From: Lytechinus pictus
Taxonomy: Eukaryota
Reading direction: 5' to 3'
Assembly: GCF_037042905.1 (NCBI RefSeq)
Contig: NC_087247.1
Span: 53,506,001 to 53,570,000 of the forward strand
Length of the DNA stretch: 64,000 nt
In this document: positions 22,001-31,400 of the stretch, piece by piece
Layout of the letters: every line of letters starts with the position of its first letter
Position numbering within the stretch: position 1 is the stretch's first letter
Notes under the pieces: model-generated
What the model saw: only the letters and a program-made list of their open reading frames with translations
The model's database searches: none
What the model was told of the DNA's origin: nothing
Program-made: the position numbers and the translations under genes

Positions 22001-23982
22001 CCAGCATAGCAAGAAATGTTATGAAAAATGTGACAGCTGAATCTCAGGAGGAAGATTGCGACACTGAAAGCCACTCTGTTGAAAACAAGGAGTCAAAGTT
22101 TCAAACTCAGATCAAAGAAGCTGAAGCAGAAGCCAGTACAATGTTAGAGTTAATAGCGATTGGAGAAAGTAGTGATAATGCAGGAAATATCGCTCAAGGT
22201 ATTGACAACTTCTGTTATTCCGATAAATTCTATAATGGTGTAGGGGAAAAGGAGTTGACCGTTCACAACAACAAAGCCTTTGAAATTACAGAGAAGAGAA
22301 ACAAGGAAACAAAAGTTAGCAATTCAATTACAGGAATTGTTGATCAGAATAATGAAGATCAAATTAAGAAACTTTCAGGATCAAAAGAGAACATCATCTG
22401 TGATCAGGGGTCCCAAGTTTGTTCCGAAGCAGAAGTTCTTTATCAATCTGAAGGAAATGTGTGTGCGAAAAATGACCAAGTTGTTGAGCAGTATAATGTT
22501 GCCTGTAACAAGGATGCTGTGTGCATAATGGGGAATGACCAGAATGACCAGTTGGATGTTGACTCTGAGAGTAGTGTATGTGATGGAAATGTTGATAAAC
22601 ATCTACAAAAATGCACAAATGACTTACATGTATCCACTGAGGAATGCTCTGCTCTTAAAGAGATTGCATCTGGTAGTGACATAGGGCAACTGGATGAAAT
22701 TAAGACTGAGAAACAGTGCCAAAGAGAGAAAGGTGAATATTCAGTTAGTGAAATTGCCAAGTCACATGATGATGAAGATACAGTTCCAGGTACAGGTGGA
22801 CAATCCTCTCAGTTTCAAGATGAAGTGAATCCATATAATGTGCATCCAGGTGCCAACCAGACAAGTGAGACACTTCTGAAACAAGAATTAGAAGACATTG
22901 ATTTTTGCCGAATAAATGCAGAACAGTCAGGTGTGAAGGAGCAGAATGGAGAAAATAGTGGAGCTCTTGAAGTTGTGGAAAAACCAAGTTTCAAAACATC
23001 AGTCCACAACTCTGACCATCACATAGGGAGGGATCTGAAAAGTGAATTGAATGTGTTTGAACCAGTAAGAAGAAAGACAGAGGTAATGAGCAATGAACAA
23101 GAACCTATTGGGAAGGTAGAAAAATGTAAGAGACCTTGCAAAACATTTATCTCAGGAAACCGTAAAAATGAGTTATCAAATAACTCACCATTGTTTAAGA
23201 AGAGAGATGCCATGTATGGTTTGACATATAGTAAGACAAAATCGTCTGCTGGCCAGACTAGAAGTCAGTCACCATCCATACAATATTTCAATTCCAAGAA
23301 AACAGGAAAGGAATCCTCAAAAGTGGACATTCAGGTGTGTCCTAACACCTCCAATAAATTCATCTCAAAGAAATCAATGAAACCATCTAGTAGACAACAA
23401 CCTTGTGATAAAGACAAAATAATAAACAAACTACTTCCTATCAGACGCTTTGCATCTAGGAAAGCTGGCACAGAAACTCCACCTCATAGAGAGTCATCAA
23501 GTAAATGTCCTGTACAGGTTTCCAACAAATTCATCTCAAAGAAACCATGTGAAGCTGCTTCAAAGCCGGTGATGTGTGACAGGGTTACTCGGAATACAGT
23601 TAAAACCTCAAATGCACCAGTACGTCAAACTGTGAAACAGACAAGCTCAGATTCACATGCATGCAACAAACTATCTCACCTACCTCTTCCATTAAGATCA
23701 ACAGCAAACGAGGGAAGATCCTCTTCTTTGAGAATGTCTGTAAAGTCTTCCTCCTGTAAACCCCAGAAACGTTCATGTTCTGAAACTTCTCCCCCACCGA
23801 AAGTCATGAAACTCTCTTCCACTTGTCCTTCACTTGTAACTTCAACCAAAAATCCTACACAAAAGCATTTATCCACTTCTAGGAAGTCAGTAAGGCAGGG
23901 GTCAAAAAAGGCCTGCTTAGCATCATGTGGTGTGACTACCAGAAAACGGATGAAAATGGAGGGCAACAAACGGAGGAAATGA
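905..23982 (+). CDS. ZNF292/RLF/ZNF654-family protein lacking recognisable C2H2 fingers; 6 coding exons: 905-1081, 9966-10117, 10996-11210, 12786-12988, 15353-15640, 16975-23982; about 2680 aa
   Basis: All junctions are GT-AG with consistent phases (0,2,1,0,0). Spliced peptide PWGHEIMNQVLAGE..VDRYLTLEGKYLLEHRLQVLIQEGNPLHALNLARACTDHP..IF and LCLKAL..AVCLLLSEILKNDERIQRMCLLAAFFIAPSLD resembles, from recall, the ZNF292/RLF N-terminal domain (FLAFEGPILLDMRIKHLIK..ATALAKLCSDHP; LCVRALQL..LEVRRACQLTEFLIEP). Confidence 0.8.
2265..3338. mobile_element. hAT-type MITE with GTAATT subrepeats
   Basis: TIR CAGGGTTGGGCTCAATTAC; 8-bp TSD GCCATTTG (2257-2264, 3339-3346). Confidence 0.85.
2405..2976. mobile_element. 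Kolobok-type MITE nested in the hAT MITE
   Basis: AGG..CCT termini, long imperfect inverted repeats, TTAA flank on the right (TTGA on the left). Confidence 0.75.
3773..6208. mobile_element. Non-autonomous hAT-type element
   Basis: TAGGCC.GTTT / AAACGGGCCTA termini, GTGTACACG subterminal motifs at both ends, 8-bp TSD AAGTATAC (3765-3772, 6209-6216); no transposase ORF. Confidence 0.8.
4194..5025. mobile_element. P-element-like MITE nested in the hAT element
   Basis: Perfect 31-bp TIR CATGGACCTATTACAAATGGACATTCAACGA; 7-bp TSD GCAGAAT. Confidence 0.8.
6657..6960. mobile_element. Harbinger-like element end; an inverted diverged copy lies at about 1853-2005
   Basis: GGCCGTGTTTATGCTTCCACTTTTCAGGCCAGAATCAG matches the reverse complement of 1970-2005 and the similarity extends about 150 bp. 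Confidence 0.5.
7339..9445. mobile_element. Non-autonomous DNA transposon with 6-bp TSD
   Basis: TIR CAGAGCTGCCAACC / GGTTGGCAGCTCTG; TSD GGCATC (7333-7338, 9446-9451). Confidence 0.8.
9966..10117 (+). CDS. ZNF292/RLF-like exon 2
   Basis: ttccatcag|GCA...AT|gtaagt; AVDEFFSGRFSHPPHEVL...CKKIY; phase 0 to 2. Confidence 0.7.
10181..10572. mobile_element. Foldback MITE with about 15-bp subrepeats (MuDR/Merlin-like GG..CC ends)
   Basis: 8-bp TSD AACACATT (10173-10180, 10573-10580); periodic units inverted about the centre. Confidence 0.7.
10996..11210 (+). CDS. ZNF292/RLF-like exon 3
   Basis: tttgcag|C...GAAG|gtattt; YCVEILLDKSW...KPWGHEIMNQVLAGEENTDKPE. Confidence 0.8.
11560..11961 (+). repeat. 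Helitron/Helentron-type non-autonomous repeat (3' part)
   Basis: Internal GGTCACATGACCAAGGTCAAAGGTCA-type units and 3' GCAGGTGAGA..CCAGAGGCGTTTCACTTGTT, shared with 15872-16550. Confidence 0.55.
12125..12319. mobile_element. Short MITE related to the 6-bp-TSD family
   Basis: CAGAGTTGCCAAC / GTTGGCATCTCTG ends; TSD CAAATG on both sides. Confidence 0.7.
12786..12988 (+). CDS. ZNF292/RLF-like exon 4
   Basis: tttag|TT...CAG|gtaggg; DRYLTLEGKYLLEHRLQVLIQEGNPLHALNLARACTDHP. Confidence 0.85.
14150..15325. mobile_element. Probable Crypton-like non-autonomous element
   Basis: TAAT/ATAATA ends, internal inverted repeat ATATGGACTGCTTT..CATGGTTGTTTC / GAAACAACCATG..AAAGCAGTCCATAT around GCCCGAGGGC; class assigned by recall only. 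Confidence 0.4.
15353..15640 (+). CDS. ZNF292/RLF-like exon 5
   Basis: tttcag|GTT...AAG|gtaagc; 96 codons, in frame with ORF 15383. Confidence 0.8.
15872..16550 (+). repeat. Helitron/Helentron-type non-autonomous repeat
   Basis: 5' AGCAGAGCGAGACTATAGGCGCC plus (CGG)n, tandem internal units, 3' GCAGGCGAGACTGCCAGAGGCGCTCCACTTGTT. Confidence 0.55.
16975..23982 (+). CDS. ZNF292/RLF-like giant terminal exon 6 (7008 nt)
   Basis: ttctttag|GTTGGT acceptor in frame with the 2319-aa ORF; acidic, low-complexity middle; basic Ser-rich tail ending in NLS-like RKRMKMEGNKRRK*. Confidence 0.88.
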   Translation, partial: VGEPAIPPLVSLCLKALLVPSVSVSEDIIQAAQIDYGNAAVCLLLSEILKNDERIQRMCLLAAFFIAPSLDRLSALQDSYQDSKESNFPKLTSYQQHDLIRCMDFFIPVHVSLSEDWSSVSSTLTGYLRKSKVMCISLSKPFGDVRMLKFYDKSWHPVHQDFKPLGVVRVKEAFHSSVRCHENIVLLSCKHERQIEPKSKKKRLVETRSLQECSEPPNAIPVLDAQTDQKWLPCYVLDLSQETLTEQEFIDDASDEPVEDGAFSRESPASHSPQPVLEMPSVLPPGGTSDMCAHTEERTDLQEKSQELLENNDTVCVSINKQSRSSDQESTLLMHSSVNERERKLMFINEEEQFNPQQGVEYGRLHLNRNDLENVDDGMTLLNDELHVDSPIPVDRSDSSEAETLNYADEPKYISNSNETVSFVDEQDCSSNNLDEEDVSCYDEEEDEGPLDLRKVKTVCMLNGKVEEIKDPNIISDEFENQDSLNLNANDVHPCCTQTEPLDLTKSVVQSALTDKAKVVLVKDKKAEELLLRRHSQDFNEEHDDSYYLRPPKERDKNDEFQMCSLSSDQGFDLRQRKSHMKTSVCSVKLTCFMKQRAKNQNPHNLQLWKFVVKERAKVQGDESYPHEVDIDVKSPEESLTGFSGERVLHIEKSSSAMQDEQDDVEDIQILHSETNRESGENWTDVFSENSIPWIDGQLEQDEGEKEPESPAWTAITSVNLDKSPEDVSCEDMTNIREHVTEEIPMLDYEPQPYPLNRLRNSELPILTPEHGLDLTVLPSTEGSLQTCENAGIPLLLDCYEENPHVNVTTYQYVDNEQEEYQDIEYPQGINDLPGSAFCEIDDQSSADHIETIEEAAFSNEIETLVYIPVEPLNFHQEGLPDRESVHCTCLQGKMEKMASKEDEHFNAKEWHCIQQRKNEDITGSITNGIDIGLDMRDKSLDHIAHGEVCFKDTLEGHLDSQDDHVVLVSTGNKIGDDEREHVGALLDYSFASEERIEMNRQTESESSPVNEINLRSLAASSNLGENLVVDANLSLPDLKGMSMERHRYDRQDPNLVGITRLEEGKRVGIVTNNALSESTEYKTIANPSHQIAAQPFPVVEAKEVKSPLLILETKAKNDSSSSKKRKASQSRNVWSAFSATQESPKIMDNSNALNTSDPLDLRDEKTQNGNDCIFIADDFELKKKSIIAGIKLRIMSQKDKPSVPESDSSTKMEYLVSSSKEDVSCQHRKAQFKRSVCCVNIPCRMDRKNVKDNPFAQSEQWNCISKTSESKVDSVDHMQNTDLEPNSLDETNTSLHERLSDPSATEGLSESTFPNGCSEFRIPWVDGQVSHENQPELDSQALLPLENETIPDHENIITEAYDVSSDITGDPDVNVTQPCLETQEISMDYPGTKGVDSSMQGITSFHLDQYGCVPFDDMREVENQTEHIMVQNSLQLNEVQSNYMDEDAVVQVLNEEQAAGAENCYTPLSMVISDKSFSNSSCRDKDTPQPVDSCEKEFCSDEITCQEVRCEHPRSKDVICYKDDMDYSMETTDFSIENSCSEERETVLEGKMGNVEDSHLSRKRHFKQSVSCISIPCNIDRNNATVSPRAEAWFRNIESRDSKKCEYIAEDIIPVVEVNAADCVNVSTSDTFSTEANGSASTHQVKGLYLEAPELSIQHLCSTTDSLLLPGEDVTSIARNVMKNVTAESQEEDCDTESHSVENKESKFQTQIKEAEAEASTMLELIAIGESSDNAGNIAQGIDNFCYSDKFYNGVGEKELTVHNNKAFEITEKRNKETKVSNSITGIVDQNNEDQIKKLSGSKENIICDQGSQVCSEAEVLYQSEGNVCAKNDQVVEQYNVACNKDAVCIMGNDQNDQLDVDSESSVCDGNVDKHLQKCTNDLHVSTEECSALKEIASGSDIGQLDEIKTEKQCQREKGEYSVSEIAKSHDDEDTVPGTGGQSSQFQDEVNPYNVHPGANQTSETLLKQELEDIDFCRINAEQSGVKEQNGENSGALEVVEKPSFKTSVHNSDHHIGRDLKSELNVFEPVRRKTEVMSNEQEPIGKVEKCKRPCKTFISGNRKNELSNNSPLFKKRDAMYGLTYSKTKSSAGQTRSQSPSIQYFNSKKTGKESSKVDIQVCPNTSNKFISKKSMKPSSRQQPCDKDKIINKLLPIRRFASRKAGTETPPHRESSSKCPVQVSNKFISKKPCEAASKPVMCDRVTRNTVKTSNAPVRQTVKQTSSDSHACNKLSHLPLPLRSTANEGRSSSLRMSVKSSSCKPQKRSCSETSPPPKVMKLSSTCPSLVTSTKNPTQKHLSTSRKSVRQGSKKACLASCGVTTRKRMKMEGNKRRK

Positions 23983-24185
23983 TATTGTGACAATCACTAA
24001 TCTATTTTTTTCTCTTTTCTTTTGCTAGAATTTGTACGTTTTGATATGGGTTTTTATGCAATATATTTATGTGTCAAAGTTTTCCTTACATAAGAACCAA
24101 GTAGATATGTGCATCCCTTTCAGCTTGCATTAAGAGTAAAAAGAATACTGAGAGAACATGCTAAATGCAAGTTATCACTGTTTAT

Positions 24186-24256
24186 TATCATCATCAACCA
24201 ACATCATCATCATCCAACATAATCATCATCATCCAACATCATCATCATCGTCGTCG
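24186..24256 (+). repeat. Imperfect (CAT)n microsatellite in the presumed 3' UTR
   Basis: Direct reading. Confidence 0.7.
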
Positions 24257-25585
24257 TAAGTTCTTTATGTATTTGAAGTCATGTCAGAGGTATTTTTTTC
24301 AGTACTTTTCCAATATTCATACTGAATATTCCTTATTTATTTTCTACAGGCTGACAGACAAGTCAATGAAACAAACTATTATAGTTTTTTTTTCAGAGAG
24401 GCTGAGTGATGTATTGTGAATTGTAATAACAGTAATACTAAAACTATATTTATGCCAACTCATTAATTGAAAACTCATGTTTATTTAAGGTTATGTAATG
24501 TGTTAATTTATCCTCCATAAAGAGTGCAAAAAATCCTTTTATTACCTCAAAGTTATAACCAGTTGAAAGCTCAACTCAGTCTTTTAAGATTTTGGCATGT
24601 GCAGGTATTTACTATTCCTTCAAACAGAATTCAGGAACAACTCCCAGTTATGATTCAGAAACAACTCCTTTATTGGGGTGTATCATATCTCTGATTATTC
24701 AAAGTAGCCCATTATGCATCACAAATTGTCATTTTTTTAAATTTTAAATGTGCATTGATATTTGAATAATCTTTTTACTACATTTTTCTTTCCTTTTTTG
24801 TGTTCAGATTTCATGATACTCTAACTTTGCCTGAATATTTATAATTTCAAAGACAATTGGTAATTTTGGTTTATGATTTAGTGGTATAGTAATATCACAA
24901 ACTTAAGTTTGGAGTTGACAGTTATAATCCATAATTCTATGGAGTGTTTGGTTTCTGCCATTTTTTCAATATTCATGAAAAAGTGTAATGTGATATACCA
25001 AAGAATCACATTCCTTTTTTCTAATTCATACCAGTAATTCAATAATTTGGGAAACATCGATCACTGCAGAAATAAATCTGTACTTTGTGAATTGATTGGC
25101 AACAGGCAATTTTATAAAAAGTTTGGTCAGTTTACCTAGGGTTAAATCAATGATAGCAGTTTTAGCCCAATATGCAAAAATTTGGTACCTACATGTAAGA
25201 AATATGCTTTGGTTATCCTTGTAGTTGCCTCAGCTGTGATGTTACCTTTCTCTTATTTCCTATTCATACATTGATTTTATTCATATTTTTGTACATTTGA
25301 TATTTGGCATATTCATTGTTTGTTTTTATAATGCTGACAAAAAAATTATTGATCAAATTTATATTCATTGCTGAAATTGTTTGCTCATTGATCTTAGCAA
25401 CATGAGAGGGACTATATGAAAACAAGATGTACATGTATGTAAAATGGGCTATTTGACATGTGTGTTAATGGGATACTTCTAGGAGAAAAACAGTGATGAC
25501 ATCTACAGACACAGTAGATGTGCAATTTATACATGAAGATAAATTGAAAGGCCAAAGGGGGGATCTTTATCTTTGTGTACTCTTT

Positions 25586-26121
25586 CCCGGGGGGGGGGGG
25601 GGGGGGCCACTTGCATTGACGAGTGGATACTATGCGCCACCCCAAAATAAGGATTTTTTTTTCAAGACGGCACGTTACGTATGTAACGTAATAAGGGTGT
25701 TAAAAACAAACACTAAAATAATGAAAAAAGGTATCTCTTTCGATCGGAAAGCTACGTTTTCAGGGTCAAATTTGCGAGAGTATAAAAAAGACTAACATGT
25801 TTTATAAAGGATGTACTTTTTGCCCCAACAGTCAACACTACGTGTTTAGAGTCCGATTTGCGCGAGGTGGGGCCGTACTAAACCCAATGATGTAGGTAAA
25901 GGTAAAACCGACGACCAAAGTCTGTGACATATAACAATTAAAATATCACTGTTCTTGTTTAGGGGTTCAATTCAGAGAATACTTGCCAAGGGTATCGTTT
26001 TGCTGCAATACTTGTTAAGGGTAGGGTTTCACATGCCAATACTTGTTAAGGGGTGCATTTTCAATTTGAGACCCCATGGTCGCGCATGGTATCCACTCGT
26101 CAATGGAAGTGGCCCCCCGGG
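25586..26121. mobile_element. MITE with CCCGGG termini and 7-bp TSD
   Basis: TIR CCCGG(G)nCCACTT.CATTGACGAGTGGATAC.ATGCGC; TSD ACTCTTT (25579-25585, 26122-26128). Confidence 0.8.
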
Positions 26122-26664
26122 ACTCTTTTGCATTTATAATGAGCTCATGACTGTTTAAAGTGATGTTCAAGCTCTAGATATACATAAGCATGTAAAAAAA
26201 CTTGCAATCAAATGATAAAAGTATGGAGATTATACAATGTTGAAGTATGAAAAAAAGTTCAGGATATAACCCTGCTGTTAGTTTTTGTATGGTCCTTTAT
26301 GGTTGAAATAAGTAGAAAAAATTGACAATATTTAGAGCGGTTTCAAAAGTGTTGACTCTCATTTTCATTGGGCATAGAAGCATCAGTTTTAAGTGGAGTG
26401 TAGGTTTAGAGGATTAGTTAGTATCATTGTAATTGAAAAAAGGTGTGCTCTTTGGGCTAAACAGAGTATGGACAATTTTATCTCTAGCCTCTTTTCAAGT
26501 GGGGTCTGTGTTTAGTGTTTGAATTTCCCTAATGTCAACATCAGCTTTTGACTCCGAACTTGAAGTCACCCAATGTGCTGATTTTTTTTGAAAATATAAT
26601 ATCACTTGCATTAAGACAATGGAAATCTAAAGTTTTAAGTCAGCATTTCCAAATGATAAATTAA

Positions 26665-27250
26665 AGGCGAATGAAACCTTTGGAACAAGTAGGCTTGTGT
26701 CAAAACAGAAAAATCAAAGAATAAGAACAAAGAAAGTTTGAGAAAAATCGGACAAATAATGAGAAAGTAATATGAGCATTTGAATATTGCAATCATTAAT
26801 GCCATGGAGATCCTCCCATTGGCAATGCAACAAGGATGTGTGATGTCACATGTGAACAACTTTCCCTTTGATGGACTATGAAATACCCTCAAAATGTCTC
26901 TTTTTGCTTTTTCTTATGGTGATACAAACTCTTTATCCATGATGTATTCTTTAAAATATGTATTACAAGCCTTCCTATAGAAAGAACACTTGATCTACTG
27001 TTAGATGTGATAAAAGAGGCATTTTAAGTGAAATATATACTAAAGTAATGGGGAGAGTTGTTCACAAGTTACATCACACATCTTTGTCGCATTGCCAATG
27101 TGAGGATCTCCATTGCGTTAGTGATCACAATATTCAAATGCTCATAACTTTCTCATTATTTGTCCGATTTTTCTCAAACTTTCATTGATCTGTTTCTTTG
27201 ATTTTTCTGTTTTCACACAAGCCTACTTGTTCCAAAGGTTTCATTCTCCT
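26665..27250. mobile_element. Kolobok-type MITE with about 200-bp inverted arms
   Basis: TTAA|AGGCGAATGAAACCTTTGGAACAAGTAGGC ... GCCTACTTGTTCCAAAGGTTTCATTCTCCT|TTAA. Confidence 0.85.
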
Positions 27251-27369
27251 TTAAGTTTGATTCCTGTTTATTAACAGATTTAGTGTTTGATTTATCAATT
27301 TCAATTTTGAGCAGATTCATGAAAATCGCATTTTAATTACAGTAAGAATATATATAATCACAAATAGTT

Positions 27370-27592
27370 AAGTAAATGCCATGAATAAAATCGTAGATTT
27401 TAAAAGGAGCGTACCTCTAAAAAATGAGAGGTTTATTCACACTCTTCATCAGTGCCCATGATGTGACCCCAAAAAAGAGAATTAAACAGTCGTGAAAAAC
27501 ATGTCTGTTCATGGACGAAGAGTGTGACTTAACCTTTTATTTTTGAGAGCTACCCTCTTAAAATCTATGATTTTATTTCTATGGCATTTATA
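27370..27592. repeat. Degenerate inverted repeat (old MITE)
   Basis: TAAATGCCAT.AATAAAATC.TAGATTTTAA / TTAAAATCTATGATTTTATT..ATGGCATTTA. Confidence 0.55.
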
Positions 27593-28481
27593 AACCATTT
27601 TTGATTATTTTATTCCATAATGTAGAGCATGTCCAAGAGGGATTTTTTTAATGAGGAGTTTACAGATTTCTTAGATAATTGTACCTTTTTATATGCAAGT
27701 TGCTGTAAGGTACGCCTGTACTGAAATTTCCGTTCCTCTTCAATTTTCTTGTAAGATCTTAATTTCTTTGTCTGGTAATTTGATACTTAAAACAATGCCA
27801 AAGAAGTCAAAGCATTTGGAAGATAAATTCAAATTACAATTATATTACCTTGGTATGATGAATATTTATTTGACTGTTATTTTTCCATTATTTCTTTTCT
27901 TCAAATGTTCTACCAGTTCTACCAACTGAACTCTGAAACCTGTTAAGGTGTTCCTACCTTAAGTGATAAACATTGGTGATTGTATTCATGTGACTTGATT
28001 TTGTAATTTGTATAAACTTTGAAATGTAACGTACATATAGTTCCTTGCCAGTGCATTCCAGGTTTTTGGAAAAGATTTTCTTGCAATAAATTCATGTACA
28101 AAACGCACCGTAACTGTAAATGATACCTCTCATTCATGTCTCACCTGAACAAAGTTCAGTAGAGACCTAGTGATCACATTTCCTGTAACTGATCTGTTGG
28201 TTTCATGGGAGGGGTTACTTATATAAATGTATGATACATATGTGCCACGGTCGAGACCTCCCATTTTCAGCCTAAATTTCCCTTCCACAGCATATCCAAT
28301 TTAGAAAGCCACAGAAATTCCTATCTTTTCCCCGTTCCGGAGACCCACAAATTTGTGACTTCTCATTCCAGTGACCGCTCAGACTGGATGAAGTACAATG
28401 GCAAATTGCCATTGACTGCGTGACCTAGCTCAGCACAGCGATTTGAAGACCGCTGATTGGTTCATCGCGCAGAAACGTCAT

Positions 28482-31400
28482 TAGTCCGGGTTATAATTGA
28501 GCAAGGTGCCACAAGAAAAAGGAGAAATTTTCATATAGTGCTTCTAGACCAGTTTTTTACGCTGAATATGAATATATGAGGTAACCAGGCTGTATCCTGA
28601 AAATTAACCCGTGAGGGCGCTTTTTTCAAAATGGCCGCCAAATTTTCAGAACATTTGAATTTTCGTACATAGATTTTGACATAAATATTCCATTGCCACA
28701 AAATTAGTGTCATATGAAAGACAAATAAATTTTCTACAATTTGGTACTATTTATAGAGGATAAGTAGGTCATTTGGCTGAGATTTTAAGTAGAAAACTGC
28801 ATTTTTTGTCATTTTTTCCCAAAAATTGAAAATTTAGCAAATACATGATTTTACATAATTCTGAGAAAAATGAATGAATTACCTTGAAATGTTCCAGAAA
28901 ACTTTATTGACATACTATTATCATGTGGATGAAATTCCAACTCTGTATCATTCTTCTTAGCAAATTTATAAGGTATCAAACTTGAATACTTCAATTTCAG
29001 AAATGTCGCTTTTTGTATGCATTTCCATAGACTAATACGTATAACATGTACATGTATAATATGTATAATGTATAGTTTAATAAAATTTAAAGGCAATTAT
29101 CTCCGCTTTTTAACCACTTGGAGAGTTAAGAGTAGGCTTTTCTCTATCAGCTACATAAAACAAAATGTTGGCACATCGAGGCCTAACACTCTCGTGGGGT
29201 GGGGGTGTCGAAGCCCCCCCCCCCCCCCACCCCCTTTGGCTATATCATGTTGTTGTATATTGCCTATTGGAAAATCACTATTTTTTTAAGCACCCATTGA
29301 GGCAAAAGGCATTTCTGCTATACAGTACATGCAGCCACTTTAATTACTTTGAAACCACTTGGAGAGGAAAAGAGTAAGCTTTGTCATGTTTGTTCTACCA
29401 GCTATATCAAAAGAAGTGGCACGTACATCGAAGCCAACCCCTCTCGGGGGGGAGGGCGCTGGGGAAGTCACCCCTCCCCCTTTTGCTTATTGGCAATGTA
29501 TTTGGAAATTCACCATTTTGGACCCAACATTGAGGCAAAAAAGCGTTTGTGCTTTATAATATTTTATCAATTTGAGAGAGTAGAGTTTGTTCTACCAGCT
29601 ACATAAATAAGCGCTAGCACATCGAACCCTAGCCCTCTCAGGGGCTGTCTAAGTCACCCCCTCCTCTATATCATGTATGTTGCCTATTTATTGGAAATTT
29701 CACCATTTTGGATCACCCATTGAGGCATAAGGGCGTTTCTATATCATACAGCCAATTTTATTTTCTTGCAATTACTTTGAGAGAAAAGCGTAGGCTTTGC
29801 TCTATCAGCTACAAATTATTAAGAAGCGCTGGCACATCGAAAAATATCCCTCTCAGGCGCTGTCTAAGTCAACCCCTCCCCCTCTATATCATGTATATTG
29901 CCTATTTATTGGAAATTACACCATTTTGAATCACCCGTTGAGGCAAAAGTGCGTTTCTACTATATAGCCAATTTCATTTTCTTGCAATGACTTGTAGAGG
30001 AAAGAGTAGGCTTTGCTCTATCAGCTGCATATAAACAAGTGCTGGCAAAGAAAAGCCTACTCCTTCCGGGATGCTGTTGAAATCACCCCATCCCTTTTGC
30101 ATTATAGCATATTTATTGAAAAATTCACCATTTTGGAGCCCCCATTTAGGCAAAAAGGCGTTTCTGATATAGTTCTGCCACTTTTACTGCCTTGAAACCA
30201 CTTAGGGAGGAAAGAATAGGATTTGCTTTATCAGAGCCACATATAAAGAAGTGCTGGCAAATAAAAACCTACCCCCTCCGGGAGGCTGTTGAAATCACCC
30301 CACCCCTTTTGCATTATTGCCTATTTATTGGAAAATTCACCATTTTGGAGCCCCCATTTAGGCAAAAAGGCATTTCTGATATAGTTCTGCCACTATTACT
30401 GCCTTGAAACCACTTAGGGAGTAAAGAATAGGTTTTGCTTTATCAGCTACATAAAAAGATGTGCTGGCAAATAAAAGCCTACTCCCTTTAGGGGACTGTC
30501 GAAATTACCCCCCCCCCCCTTGAAATTCACCATTTTGGAGCCTCCATTGAGGAAAAAAGGCGTTTATGATATATAGTTCTGCCACTTTTAAATCCTTGAA
30601 ACCACTTAGGGAGGAAAGAATAAGTTTTGCTTTATCAGCCACATATAAAAAAAGTGCAGGCAAACAGCAGGAGGCTGTCGAAATCACCCATCCCTTTTGC
30701 ATTATTGCCTATTTATTGAAAAAATCACCACTTTGGAGCCCCCATTGGGGCAGAAAGTCATTTCTGATTATGTTTCTGCCTTGTTTCACCCTTGAAAACT
30801 CTTGGAGAGAAAAAATAGGCTTTGCTTTAACAGCTACATATAAAGACATGCTCGCAAATAAAAGCCTATCCCCATCAGAGGGCTGTTGAAATCACCCCAC
30901 CCTTTTTCATTATTGCTTATTTATTGGAAAATTCACCATTTTGGAGCCCCCATTGAGGCAAAAAGGCGGTTCTGATATATAGTTCTACCACTATTACCGC
31001 CTTGAAACTACTTGGAGAGGAAAGAGTAGGCTTTCCTCTAACAGCTACATATAAAGAATTGGCTCTACTATATACCAGAAACACTTTTTTGCCTCAATGG
31101 GGCTCCAAAATGGCGAGTTTTCCAATGAATTGGAAAAAATCGTAAAAAAGGTGGGGTAACATCTATATAGTCCCCTGAAGTGGGTCAGGCTTCGATATGG
31201 CAGCAATTCGTTATATATAGCTGAAAGATGGGAACCTACTCTTTCCTCTCCAAGTGGTTTCAAGAAAATGAAATTGGGTGTTTTATACAGCAGAAGTGCA
31301 TATCGCCTCAATGGGGGCTCAAAAATTGTGAATTTTCAAATAATTAGGCAATAATGCAAGAGGGGTGGGGTGATTTGACAGCCGCCAAGATAGGTAAGCT

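Noticed and set aside
17023-23982. Stand-alone single-exon 2319-aa gene or transposon/viral polyprotein
   Set aside because: It starts at TTG, has an in-frame acceptor at 16974 joining upstream exons, and shows no RT, integrase or transposase motifs
18297-23993. Antisense and alternate-frame ORFs within the giant exon
   Set aside because: Short shadows of the main frame with no independent signals
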